DNA of 64,000 bases from Podarcis bocagei (taxonomy: Eukaryota), in assembly GCA_964188305.1 (NCBI GenBank), contig OZ076899.1, one strand, 5' to 3'. Below the pieces are notes generated by a model, which did not search any database, was not told the DNA's origin, and worked only from the letters and a program-made list of their open reading frames with translations. The position numbers were made by a program, and so were the translations under genes. This document shows, in pieces, positions 14,759 to 31,851 of the stretch (position 1 is its first letter; the number at the start of each line of letters is the position of its first letter).

Positions 14759-14907
14759 CAGGGCTTTCCACACACACCCCAGCCGGAACTCGCTGGAACT
14801 CAGTTCCGACACCTCTCAGGTGGGCACCATTGCCATTACTGTATAAGAGAACAAGGGAGGCATTCATGTTGAGTTCCAGCATCTCTTTTTCTAGAAAAAT
14901 AGCACTG
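14759..14907. mobile_element. Short hAT-like MITE
   Basis: Ends CAGGGCT / AGCACTG; degenerate 8-bp TSD GATACATC / GATAAAAC. Confidence 0.55.
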
Positions 14908-15142
14908 GATAAAACCCAATCTTCCTAAAGGGCTTAGTAGTAAATATCTTTACTACCCAAGTTCTGGTTAGAGTAAAGGCAGATGAGACAGAGGGTGTGT
15001 GTGTATAATTAAATGTATGAGGCATCTTGAGGTGATTTACAGTTCAATAGAAACATACACAGAACAATTACATATATAAAACCATTTTAAGACACTGCGT
15101 ATGTAACCCGAGGTACCACTGTATATACCTCAGTGGTATATA

Positions 15143-15374
15143 CAGTGGTACCTCGGGTTAGACGCTTCAGGTTACAGACGCTTCAGGTTGCAGACTCCGC
15201 TGACCCAGAAAAAGTACCTCAAGTTTAAGAACTTTGCTTCAGGATGAGAACAGAAATCGGACGGCGGCGGCAGTGGGAGGACCCATTAGCTAAAGTGGTC
15301 TTCAGGTTAAGAACAGTTTTGTGTTAAGAACAGACCTCCGGAATGAATTAAGTTCTTAATCCGAGGTACCACTG
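15143..15374. mobile_element. Tc1/mariner MITE, family A
   Basis: TA|CAGTGGTACCTCGG...CCGAGGTACCACTG|TA. Confidence 0.85.
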
Positions 15375-15957
15375 TATATATGCAACTAAAAACATGTCTA
15401 TATATTGTTATAGGTTAGGGGGCCAGTGTGGAAAATAAACCTCCCTCCTCACTAGAAAACTAGAATATCATGGGGCAGGGCTGGATCTGAGACTCCCTCA
15501 TTCACTGTCTATGTCGCTGTGGTGCCAGGATTATTCAGGCGACATTTTCTGTCCTCATCCTTTGGATCCCCCCCCCCTCTCAATTTACTAAGGAACCATT
15601 TTGACTGAGGACGTCCAAGGCAAGAGAATGAGCCTCGCTCGGCCCATGATGGAGTCAGTGCCAGATTTAGGGTGGTGCAAGAGCTTCCCCCACACAGGGA
15701 GCTGAGCCAAGGGGGCACAAAACTGAGAAGGTCCATAACCGGGAAGAGCCACTTTGGGGCGCCAAATTTTGGCCTCGCACAGGGCACCATACTACAAAAG
15801 ATTGCCCAAGTCCTCCCTTGATAAAGATAAGCCAAGCCTTCCCTTCCCTCTGTATCTGGTGTTTGTGGCCCTCCAGATGTTGTCAGACTCCAGCTCTCAC
15901 TCCTGCCAGCATGCCTAATGGTCAAGGCAGTGAGTTGGAGTCCAATAAGATCTAGCA

Positions 15958-16093
15958 CAGGCACCCCCAACCTGCGGCTCTCCAGATATTTTGGCCTACA
16001 ACTCCCATGATCGCTAGCTAACAGGACTAGTGGTTAGGGATGGTGGGAATTGTAGTCAAAAACATCTGGAGGGCCGAAGGTTGGGGATGCCTG
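15958..16093. mobile_element. Palindromic hAT MITE nested in an older related MITE
   Basis: TIR CAGGCAYCCCCAACCT; 8-bp TSD ATCTAGCA at 15950-15957 and 16094-16101. Confidence 0.85.
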
Positions 16094-16228
16094 ATCTAGC
16101 AGGACACAGACTCCCTACTCCTTGTTTATATCAAGCAATAACACACATAGCCAGACAATTTTGCACTACCAGGTATGTTTGGAGTTGCTGGGTGCTCCGA
16201 GTTTGTGTGCTGTTTGTGTGCTGCAAAG

Positions 16229-16370
16229 NNNNNNNNNNNNNNNNNNNNNNNNNNNNNNNNNNNNNNNNNNNNNNNNNNNNNNNNNNNNNNNNNNNNNNNN
16301 NNNNNNNNNNNNNNNNNNNNNNNNNNNNNNNNNNNNNNNNNNNNNNNNNNNNNNNNNNNNNNNNNNNNNN
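16229..16370. other. Assembly gap
   Basis: Run of 142 N. Confidence 1.
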
Positions 16371-19300
16371 CAACTAACAGCACAAAAATGGAACACAAGG
16401 AAGATGATGCAGAAACGAATATTCCCTCTATTTCTAATGTCCAATCTGAGTGCCATTTCTTGTGTTGCCAAAATGGCACAACCCATGAAGAAGATGGAGA
16501 TATTGGCAGTATTGGGGGGGGGGAGCAAAGTTCTGTAGAAGTGCACAAAAATATTTAGGGCAGGAACCCCCAAAAACACCCCCATGAAAATTACTCCTTG
16601 CTTCTGACAAAAGCAGCAAAAGATTGATACATACATACACAATGACAGCATTCATGCAACATTGACAGGTATCTCTCCTGCATTGATTCACACATTCATT
16701 GTTTGGTCTATCATGACATTGTCAAAGACTGAAGGTAGCTTGCAAGCTTCAGAGCAAGTCTGAGTTTTCCAGCAGATGGAAATTGGTGTAATTGATTTTT
16801 TAAAATGTGAACATTTTTATATTCCTGGTATTGTTGTTGTTAATTGAGATATTTCATAGGAAGCTGTTGATAAAATAATAAGAATAATGTAAGTACACTC
16901 GTACATGTGTAATTAAGGGAATGATAACCGAGTGTGATCTAGAGACCCAACACCAGGCAGACCATGGGAACCCTGAGATTTCAATATTTGAATTCTAATT
17001 TTGCAGTAGCATTACTTTGTTGCTCTTTCCATTGAATGGTGGGTTTGATTCAAAGACACAACATTGCTGAATCCAGGGAAGCAGCTGGGAAGTCTTCTGA
17101 GGTCACCTCTGGTAGGGAAGATGATGTCTTTGCTTGCCTTGGATGCATTATATATGCCAAGAGTGCCCTCTGCTGAAATGGAAACTTCCACACAGATTAC
17201 TCCCATATCAATCAAACTGACAAGTCTCTTCATTTCATCCTTCTTTTTGAGGCTGAGATCACGGTCTTTCAAGTACCAAGTACAGGAACATGATTTTCAA
17301 ATGGCAGGGAATAAATAGGGCTGCTGGTGGCTGCCACAAAAAGTTAAGCCCATATTAGGGTACTGAGGTAGAGGTGAGATAGGGGAACTCCCTGCTCCAC
17401 TCTGAAGCCTCATGTCAAAGATCCTAAGCCAGCCTCCCTCTCCTCCAGCCACAAATTGTCACTGTTATAGAACTGTAAATTTTAAAAATGTATGGGAGTC
17501 GGGGATGATCTACTATGAAACTAATGAATCTTAAGCTTCAGGGCCCCTAATCCCAGAGCAGCCCCACAAACGAATTTAATCCACATTGCTGTAAAATGTT
17601 GGGTCTAGTAGAGCAAATTTGAATCCTGTGATTAATTTTTTGTTGTATACATTTCAACCATCCCCAAGCTTGAGAGTCAGTAACACAGATGTTGTAAAGG
17701 TGTGGTGATCTGTCACGGAACTACCTCATTGAAAAAGGTATCAGTGGCTACCCAGACCTTGATGCTGGTTGCAAAGGGGCCCCGTGACAGTTCTGAAATT
17801 CAGGGCCCCCAAAATGTAGGTCCGCCACTGACAAGAGGAAGATTTTAAACATAGATTCTTTTTCTACTCTTCTCCACTGCATTTAGGGCAGCCAACCTAG
17901 TCTTGTCTCTTTCCACCCCACAAGAAAGACCAAGTGGTTGCTGGCCAGGGGATCCTTACAAGTTTAGAGCAGGGAGCTCACTTCTTACATATCTGCCATC
18001 TTACCAGAAACCCAGCTCACCTAACGCACTTGATGGCTGACTGGTGCAAGAGGGAGCTGGTATAGAGGAGCGTCAGGTTCGAATCAAAGTACCCAATCCA
18101 AAAAGCAACACAAGTCTCGTGGCACCTTCAGAAGTACGAGATTAAGATGAATGATAGTCGGTGCCCTTTCGGGCTGGTGGTCCAGAAGGCAGGGAGACCA
18201 AAATCAGTTGGATCCAAAGCCGGTAAGAAGAGCTGCCAACTAATTCTGGTTTTCTCTCCAGCCTCCTCCACCTGCTAGATGAGTCGCTGAAATTCATGAG
18301 GACTCACAGATCAAAAAGTTGAAAAACCACCAGTTTTTCCAAGTCAGGATCTGATAAAATGATCTGTGGCTTAAGCTCCCTCAAAACGCACTCAGGTGGT
18401 TTTTGCCTGTCTTCTTGATCATGTTTTTGGTAACTGTGATCCTATCCTGTGATTGTTGTTTTGAGCCGTTTTGGGGAATCCTCAACTACAGGTCAAATTT
18501 TTGCTAATTTTTTTCTAGAATCCTAGCTCGCATGCCACATTTTCAGTTATTTTTCAGGATCCTGACCTGCCGTTATTTTTCAATCATTTTTTAAATCCTG
18601 ACCCATGTGTCATATTTTAGCCATTGTTTCTCAAGCTACTTGATGTGGTGGACTGGCATTAAAAAAACAACAACAACCAATGTGCCAGGGACTGGCGCCA
18701 TATTTGGTCCCTGAAGCATCCCACCCAACCTGGGCTGTGGTGGAGTCTCTATGGACTGGCAGACAATGACTCATGGATCAGCCCTCATCTGCAAACAACT
18801 TTGATTTTCAGTCATTTTTGGGGATGCTGATCAGAATTTTGGTCGTTCCAGTACAACTGAAGAAAAATAAAGAGCTGAATTTCAATATCCATGCTTGTTG
18901 AAATGTAGAAGGGAGGAAAATGCAAATTCATTTGGGTTTTCGATCCATTCCTCTACCATTTCCGCCATTTGGAATAGTAGATAGCACATCTCCTTTTCCC
19001 TTTGTACTGTGTTTCAAGAAGTGTATTTGCTATTGCCAGTCCTCAGCTCCATCCAAGAGGACTCAGAAATAGCCATAGGCTCGCTGCACCTAACTTGATG
19101 TCAATTTCCAAACCGTGCTCATTTGCAAGATAGCATTTTCAAGACATTTTTGATGCCAGCAATATTTGCATATTGCCTTTCCTTTGCTCGTTCCTGTGCC
19201 TTGCTTAAATGAGGAACAGAGGCAGAGATTAAACTGTGCCAAAGACAAAATGGATATGCCAAACCTCATTTGAACTCCAGGGAAGGTTCAGTGTTTAGTT

Positions 19301-20064
19301 CTTAAAACTGCACAACCCTAAATAAGGGTGCATAATAGAGAGGCCTGTTGCGCTCTATGGGACTTGCTTCTGAGTAGAAGGCACATATTAACTCCTTTGT
19401 TTTCCATTTTATGCATTTTCAACACAAGAATTCCATGAAGAAGTATGGCACACCAGTCCTATTACTGACGCAAGCATGAAGAAAACTTAAATTATGGGCC
19501 ATATGTCTTCAGTCACCAGTAATTTAACAGTCATGAGTTCAATTAAGAGAATTATTTTAAAGGAGGAGGGGGGCAGACAGGGATTTCCTGTAGTAGGTAC
19601 AGAATTCCAGGGCAAATGAGCAAACTCTTTCAGGGTACTTTGTTGAATGATTTATCTCTCTGGACAAGTCTAATCAAAATGGAGTACAGCCATTTAATTA
19701 AAAGCTCACATGAAGTATATATTTGAGAAAGGAAATTTATTAGCGATTCAGTGTAGGGACAGGCAAATTAGTCTGCCATTTTTGAATGTGTGCACCCAAA
19801 AGTTAGCTCCTCCCGTTTCCAGATTAATCTGACAATATATTTTTGTTCAATTGTGCACTTAAATATTATATGGCTGAGTTTTGCTTATTCCCTCCTCCCT
19901 TCCAAACCATTTTCCTTTTGTGTCACGGACGGAAGGTTGGGACCAAGCAACAAACATCTTCTCCCAAAGATGTCCCACAAGGCAGCATGGAGATTTTTCT
20001 TCAGGGTTTACTGCTGAAGGCTTTCTCAAAAATCAGTACAGCTTAAAGGCTTTAGGAACAGTGT

Positions 20065-20336
20065 TTGCTTCTCCTTCTTCTTCCCAGGTTGACAAAGCCC
20101 CAACTGCCCCTCACTTCCCTCTACAGCATGTGCAGAAACTGCCTTTTTGACCACTGGATCCACCATTCGTCTCATCTGCTCAATCCATCAGAGTCTGCCT
20201 TCACATGCAAGGGAAGTCCCTAACTCATGGAAGGACTGAGACCCATCGGCTACCGTCACCTGGTTTAGCCATCCATTTGAAGCTGTTTTGTGGTCCGTGG
20301 CTGCTGTCACACACTGACAGCTTCTAGGAGCCACAG
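20065..20336 (-). mobile_element. Interspersed repeat, RTE-like 5' region (copy 2)
   Basis: Aligns to 13695-13945 in the same orientation. Confidence 0.5.
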
Positions 20337-22220
20337 TTGCTCTAAACTGCAGTAGTATTCTTCTGCTCAGGTCCATCTTGTGAGTTTCCTACACAAATCA
20401 GGTTGGCCATTGCAGCAACAGGATGCTGGACTAAATGGGCCATTGCCCTCATCCAGCAGGTCTCTTCTTATGTTAACATCATTTCAATTTTGATAGCCTC
20501 TCTATCTTCCCAGTAATGAAGACAGTACTAATAAGCATCTCTAACAAAACTGATATCAATTGCCTTCTAAGTGACCAAAATACTACAATAAAATGCTTCA
20601 GGGAAGTGCAAAACGCAGAATTAAAACCATAAAAGGCTTTGTGCATCTGATGGACTGGGCCTTAGTTCCCAAATGACTGCACCATAATCCATTTGTTCAC
20701 TGTTTAAGGTGGAACTCTGGGTTTTTTGCTCCTAGATGCAAAGCAAGAAATTCTGGAGGATAATCAGTTGGGTGTTTTTAGGAGTCAGAAAGAGAGAGTG
20801 GGACCAGGAGGATGGGCAGTCAGCCAGAGGCTTTCCAAAAGCTTGAAGACTCAAGGGCAAGAAGATACTCTGAAGGTAGTGGGCTGCGTTCCAACATAGG
20901 AGAGGCAGAGGGAGTGCGATAAGGAACAATAATAGGCATGACTGGCAACTCTACTGTAAAATTGGCCAACCGCACAATTCTTTCCATATTCATTAGAGGC
21001 GGATAAACATGAAGTCCTGTGATATGGATGCATCAAATGAATGAGATCTGGGAGTCCTTGGCTGGCCAACAAAATCCAACCCTTTTAAAAAATGGGCACA
21101 AATGGGGAAAAGGGTGGAGGATGACTTCAGTTTACCAACGTTCTGCAAGCACACAGTGTCTTCACTGCTGATCATGAATATACAAAATAAGGCTCCCTGC
21201 AAAACGGGACGCTGCAAATGTCCAAAGCAAAGAAAAGGCTAGTTGTCTGAATGGCTGTCAGCTATTCAGAAAACCCCTATAGGATTACTTTTAAGACTTA
21301 ATGAATTTGCCTCTATACAACACAAAGGGAAGATTTGCTTAATTTCGTTATCCACCACAACACAGCACTTCCGAAGTTATTGATTAGCGAGATTGCATCC
21401 AACCTACATGGGGCAAGGCATTCTCTGTGGCAGCCACTAAACTGGAGAAACTCTCCTGCACTTTCAGATTTAAAGAGTTGGTTTCTTATTTAAAATATAT
21501 TAAGTTCCTTATTTAAATTCTTTTATCTGTTTTGAAACTTCTGTAAGCATGAACAGGGAATTTTAAGCGTCTCTCCCACTATCTGACGGTGGAAGCAAAA
21601 TATGCATAAGCCCCAAGATTCACATATGCATCCCATAAACCTACAGTCTGCACAACAGATCACTGTGTGAACTGCTCTCAAGATATGTGGTTCTCATTAC
21701 TTTAGCCTGTCTGTCCTGTCCTGTCCTTTATACATCTGGTCAAAGCACTAATCTTTTGAGCACTGCATTAATGCCAATGTCTGTCCATACAGACAACCAT
21801 TTGCCAGTGCACATAAGCAACTGCTCAGCATACAATACTGACTACTGATGTGCTTTTGTGCTCCGCTCCTTACTAGTAACGTCCTGCTTTCTTGTAACTG
21901 CTGTTGATGGATTAAGACCAGCAATTGCCCCAAACTTATAGAAACCAAGTCTCACACTTACTTCTGCATTGTAGACTACTCTTCTGTTAATTTCTGGTGC
22001 ATAGATATACGTGTGCATAGACATATGTGTTCAGTTTATCCAATATAAAACAGCAAGATTGAGAAGATAACCTGAGCCAGCAAAGGTGCCCACACCTGAG
22101 GCTGTTGCTCACTTTACACAACAATGTAAAATATACTATTACCTGAATAGCATTATACACTAGGGCGATGGAACAAGGATTGACTTTAACATGCAAGCTG
22201 AAAAGAGTCTATTTGAACAA

Positions 22221-22226
22221 TTTATT
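22221..22226 (-). terminator. RPS15A: RPS15A polyadenylation signal AATAAA
   Basis: tttatt on the + strand, 21 nt after the stop codon; short 3'UTRs are typical of ribosomal protein mRNAs. Confidence 0.85.
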
Positions 22227-22247
22227 AGTTTGCCTCTTTTTACAAGT

Positions 22248-27306
<5,059 letters not shown>

Positions 27307-28539
27307 CTAACATGTATCAGTTTTCTTTCTTCAAATGGTGGCTCACTGGATTGCGTCGGGATGTTGGAAGCAGCACAAAACATAGGGAGCTAATTAAAAG
27401 AGTAATCAAAACACACTTTCTAAACAAATGGCATGTATTATCTGCTGTTACGATGTGGCCACTCCAACTGCAGATAAATCATTTAGTTCACTAGCCAGTT
27501 AAAGCTACAAGCTTTCATTCCTAGGACAAAGCAAGAGCAATTCTGCTCTTAAGTTTTGGATAAGGGTAGTAAGTTGATATAATAGCCTCAGTAACTGCCT
27601 ACAGAAAGGGGTGACTGTCACAGTGAATAAGTAGCAAGTACTGAATTGCAAGGGCACTACACTGTGTGTATTTCCAGAAAAAAAAACTAACTGTTGACTT
27701 CTTTTCAAAGAGCTCTAACAACCCAAAATCATAAAAAGTGTAGATTCAGCGCAGCCTTGCAAACAAGTTCACAAGGTACTAAGCTCAAATGCTTACACAG
27801 TTACATCTGGTACAGTAGAAGTTTAAACACAAAAAGGATTAATTGCCTCCAATTCTTAAGAACTGCCCAGGTTGGATGCTCTGAAGGATATTCTTACTTA
27901 GGAGTTGCAATCAGGAGAGTATTTGCCCAGTGCTGTTCATACACACATGCCCCCCAGTGCAGCACACACAAGCACTTCAAAATTTAAGAGCTGCTTATGC
28001 ATGAAACAAGATGGTTTTGAGAGACTGTAATCGCTTTTTGTGCGCAATTATTAGGCACTCATTGGGACTACATTAAGCTACCCTGCATCAAGACACAGAG
28101 ACTAGATTGGGCATATCTTTAAAGTCTGTGTTATTATTCGTTTTTAAGTCACATTTCCCCCTAGAAAGACCTTTAACAGATTATGTAGTTGCCATGCCCT
28201 CAAGACCTGCTTGTGACCATCCCAGAAGCATCTCTAAGAAACAGGGCACTGAACTTCACAACTTTGGTGTGATCAAGCAAGACTTACACAGCAACTCTTT
28301 GAATTATTAACGCAGCAAGAAGCTCTGATGTATTTGCATTAAGAATGCCACAAGAGATGGGCTTCTGTGTGTCCCCCCACCGCTTACAAGTTTTAACATT
28401 AGCTCGTGAGTGCAATACTTTCCCGAAGCCAACAATCCCCAAAAGGAAGGAGTTATATCGTAAACACTTGGTAAGCCAAACTACCCGCTCCAGGAACTGG
28501 AATGCATGAGAAGCTGAGGGCCCCAAACTTTGCTGCCCC

Positions 28540-29420
28540 AGTGAAGCATCCAGCGACCCCGGGATTTTAAGGGGCGACCCGGAGCTAAATGCCACCCATG
28601 TCGGCCAGCTATATAGCAGCAGCCTGCAAGCCACCCCCGCCCAAGCTGGTGCAAGCGCCCGTGTCTCGCGAGGACCTAAAATGCAACCACGAGGGGCACA
28701 TGGAAGCTCCACTACGTGCCCTGGGGCTTACACGCATGTAAAGTAAGTTGCAGCCCGAACGCGTGAACACGCAGCTGTGCCCGGCGTTCTTCGTCCAGCA
28801 AGGCACCTTCTGCCTGCCTGCTGGTCAAGGCCTCCCCAGTCAGGCACAGCCCGCCAGCCCAGCCCTTCCTCCACGCAAAGCCCCAGACCAAGGCATTCCT
28901 CTCCCAACCGCTCTCCCCCCCCGCTCCGTTTAGGCGGCTGCCGCGAGGCCCAGGAGAAGCGCGGTCATCTCCAAATAAGCTGCGCAGGTCGAGCGGAGTC
29001 CCAGCTTCCAGGAACCGGGTCGACAGCGGCCCAAGGAGACAGGATGGGTTCGATATACGACGGATGCCACCCAGGAACGGCCATCGGCCGCTACTCACCA
29101 GTGCAGCAATATGGCGGAAAAAGGAAGGCGGCCGAGCGAGCGCGGGGTGTTATGGGAAATCGAGGCGGCAGGATAACAAGGAAGTGGCGGGGGTTTCTCT
29201 CGCGAGATTACCTTGTTCCCGGGTTAAAATGCCTCGGGGAGATTTACGCTCAGCCAGTGCTCGTCAACGGCTACGCTGTGGACCGTAGAGAACAAAATGT
29301 AGAGATATCTTGTGTTAAGGCTGAATCGACACAAAGGGCTCAATTTTCTGATCCTTTAGGATGCGATCTTCTGCGTACTCATTTGGGAGCAAACCTGTTG
29401 AAATCACTGGGACGTCGCTT
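28540..29420 (-). promoter_or_regulatory. RPS15A: RPS15A CpG-island promoter
   Basis: CpG-rich; TCTCGCGAGA palindrome (BANP/ZBTB33-type motif) at 29198-29207, near-copy at 28664-28673; ETS/GABP GGAAGTG at about 29180; YY1-like AATATGGCGG at 29108-29117. Confidence 0.85.
29099..29128 (-). other. RPS15A: RPS15A non-coding exon 1 with 5'TOP tract
   Basis: Minus strand CCTTCCTTTTTCCGCCATATTGCTGCACTG|GTGAGT: pyrimidine tract, YY1-like GCCAT motif and consensus donor. Confidence 0.88.
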
Positions 29421-30117
29421 TGAGTAGATAGCTGCAGTGTTCAGAATGTCTTTGAGCTGGTTTTTCCAGGATTTTTTTTATTTTTTTGGCAGCAGCTTCT
29501 CCACTCAGAAACGGAAAGAATCCGCAAACCTATGCATGCCACATTTGAGGGGATTCTTTAAAATAAAATTTTGGAAGCAGAAAACATTTTCAAGTGCAAC
29601 ATGTCTGCATGCAAGTCAATGAAGCGCAAGACTTCTGTGTTCAACGGACCGCTGGATTCAGGCTTGATCTCTCGATAAATTTTACATGGGTGATTATATG
29701 AGTTAGAAAGAGTACTTCCGCCAAGATTTCTCAACGGCAGCTACCCGGAAGTTACCGACACTACATTTTCCTATCTCTGTGGCCAGAAGGCAAGGCGTCT
29801 TCAAACAGCTCGGCAGGAGTTGGCAGAGAGCGGACTCCCAGCCGCCCTTTCGGTTTTGGTATCCAGTAGCAACCAAGAACGCTTCCGGAAAAGGGGTGGG
29901 GCCAGGCGACGGTTTTGTAGGTGCTCAGCCTGTTTCTGTCACTGTGCGGCAGGACTCCGTCGCATGAATTCATTATACTGTAGATGCACTACACGTTTTA
30001 TCCCGTTTCCTCCAGGCCACACACACGCGAGTTGCTCCAAGGTACCATATAGGGATCTTCCCTTTCCTCCATTTTACTCTCACAGCCCCCTTAAGTGAGA
30101 TAGGCTAGGGCAGAGTC

Positions 30118-30207
30118 CATAGCTGTCAACTTTTCCCTTTTCTTGCGAGGAATCCTATTCGGAATAAGGGAAATTCCCTTTAAAAAAGGGAAACGTTGAC
30201 AGCTATG
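30118..30207. mobile_element. 90-bp hAT-type MITE
   Basis: TIR CATAGCTGTCAAC (extends to about 24 bp with one mismatch); 8-bp TSD GCAGAGTC at 30110-30117 and 30208-30215. Confidence 0.85.
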
Positions 30208-30244
30208 GCAGAGTCCCCCAACCTTGGGTTCCTCAGGTACCGTA

Positions 30245-30495
30245 CAGTGGTACCTCGGGTTAAGTACTTAATTCGTTCCGGAGGTCCGTTCTTAACCTGA
30301 AACTGTTATTAACTTGAAGCCCCACTTTAGCTAATGGGGCCTCCTCCTGCTGCTGCTGCTGCCGTGCCGCCGGAGCACCATTTCTGTTCTCATCCTGAAG
30401 CAAAGTTCTTAACCCGAGGTACTATTTCTGGGTTAGCGGAGTCTGTAACCTGAAGTATATGTAACCTGAAGCGTATGTAACCCAAGGTACCACTG
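30245..30495. mobile_element. Tc1/mariner (pogo/Tigger-like) MITE, family A
   Basis: TIR CAGTGGTACCTYGGGTTA, TA target duplication; related copies at 15143, 24162 and about 26500. Confidence 0.85.
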
Positions 30496-30626
30496 TATTT
30501 TGATGGGAGTACAAGGCCCGGCGCCCTTGACTATTGGATAAGCTGGCTGGGAATGATGGGAGTTGTAGTCCAAGGACGTCTGGAGACCTAAGGTTGAAGA
30601 AAACTGGACTAGACTAGGGTAACACA

Positions 30627-31851
30627 CTGCAGAGTTTTGAGAAATTAAAGGATAAAGTGTGAGATTGGTTACATTATGCTCAGATTAGGGAGGTCTTTAA
30701 GACAGATAAAAAAACAGGTTTCCAGGTGGAAAAATCGAAATTAGAAACAGAACTGTTAGAACCTAAGACCAAGGTACTCTCAAAATTGTATAACTTGCTG
30801 TTGAAATGGAATACGCAGGATGAAACTGTCAAATCAGCTACGATAAAATGGGCACAGGATATTGGGTATAATATTATGTTTGCTGACTGGGAAAAGTTAT
30901 GGACCACCGGAGTAAGGTTCACGGCATGCAGTGCCTTGAAAGAAAATATTATGAAAATGATATACAGGTGGTACATGACCCCAGTCAAGCTGGCTAAAAT
31001 ATATCATCTGCCTGATAATAAATGTTGGAAATGTAAAGGAACTGAAGGAACATTCTTTCACCTCTGGTGGACGTGCCCAAGGGTTAAGGCTTTCTGGGAA
31101 ATGATCTATAATGAGTTAAAAAAGGTATTTAAGTATACCTTCCTTAAGAAACCAGAGGCCTTCCTTTTGGGCATTGTCGGCCAAGGGGTGTTAAAGAAAG
31201 ATAGAACCTTTTTTATGTATGCAACAACAGCAGCAAGAATTCTCATCGCAAAGCACTGGAAGACCCAAGATTTACCCACACTGGAAGAATGGCAGACGCA
31301 ACTGATAGACTACATGGAACTGGCTGAAATGACTGGCAGAATTCGGGACCTGGGAGAAGAGACGGTGGAAGAGGACTGGAAAAAAATTAAAGACTATCTA
31401 CAAAAACACTATAAACTGTACGAATGTTAGGAGAATGCACGATTGAAAGTAACACGGCAGCAGTAAATTTTGTTGTAAGATATATGAGAATAAGTGAGGT
31501 TTTAAGGAAGCGATGAAATTTGAAGTAATATTATGTTTAAATCAAGCAGATAAATTTATGATAAAGTTACCTTAAACTCGGGACATAATATTTGAGATTT
31601 ACAGAATAAGAACTGAAATAAGGTAATAAATTGCTGTCTATAATTATGATCGAGAACGCAGGGAAGGGCGATGTGAGGAAGTCCAAAGATTAAGAAAATA
31701 TAACTTATGAACAACTGTACTCTACATGTACTTTTCTTTTACTCTTTGTTTATTTTTTAATTTTGCTTTGATTTTTTTCTGTGTCTATGGTGATGGTATT
31801 TCATATTTTTGGTGGTTTGTATGTTGTTTAAAAAATTGCAATAAATATATT
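30627..31851 (+). mobile_element. 5'-truncated L1 LINE (ORF2 C-terminus plus 3'UTR)
   Basis: ORF 30726-31430 with the CWKC-x8-H-x4-C zinc knuckle typical of the L1 ORF2 end; AATAAA at 31840; perfect 17-bp TSD TAGACTAGGGTAACACA at 30610-30626 and 31852-31868. Confidence 0.9.

Noticed and set aside
16030-16691. ORFs of 115-161 aa around the first gap (also 48360-48836)
   Set aside because: Their length comes from runs of N.
17012-17318. Opposing 86-aa and 84-aa ORFs
   Set aside because: Non-ATG starts, no known motif and no splice context.
18438-18635. CRISPR-like repeat-spacer array
   Set aside because: Eukaryotic context; whole units are mutually similar rather than identical repeats with unique spacers; no cas genes.
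28712-29427. 128-aa and 216-aa ORFs over the RPS15A promoter
   Set aside because: CpG-island shadow ORFs with no recognisable domain.
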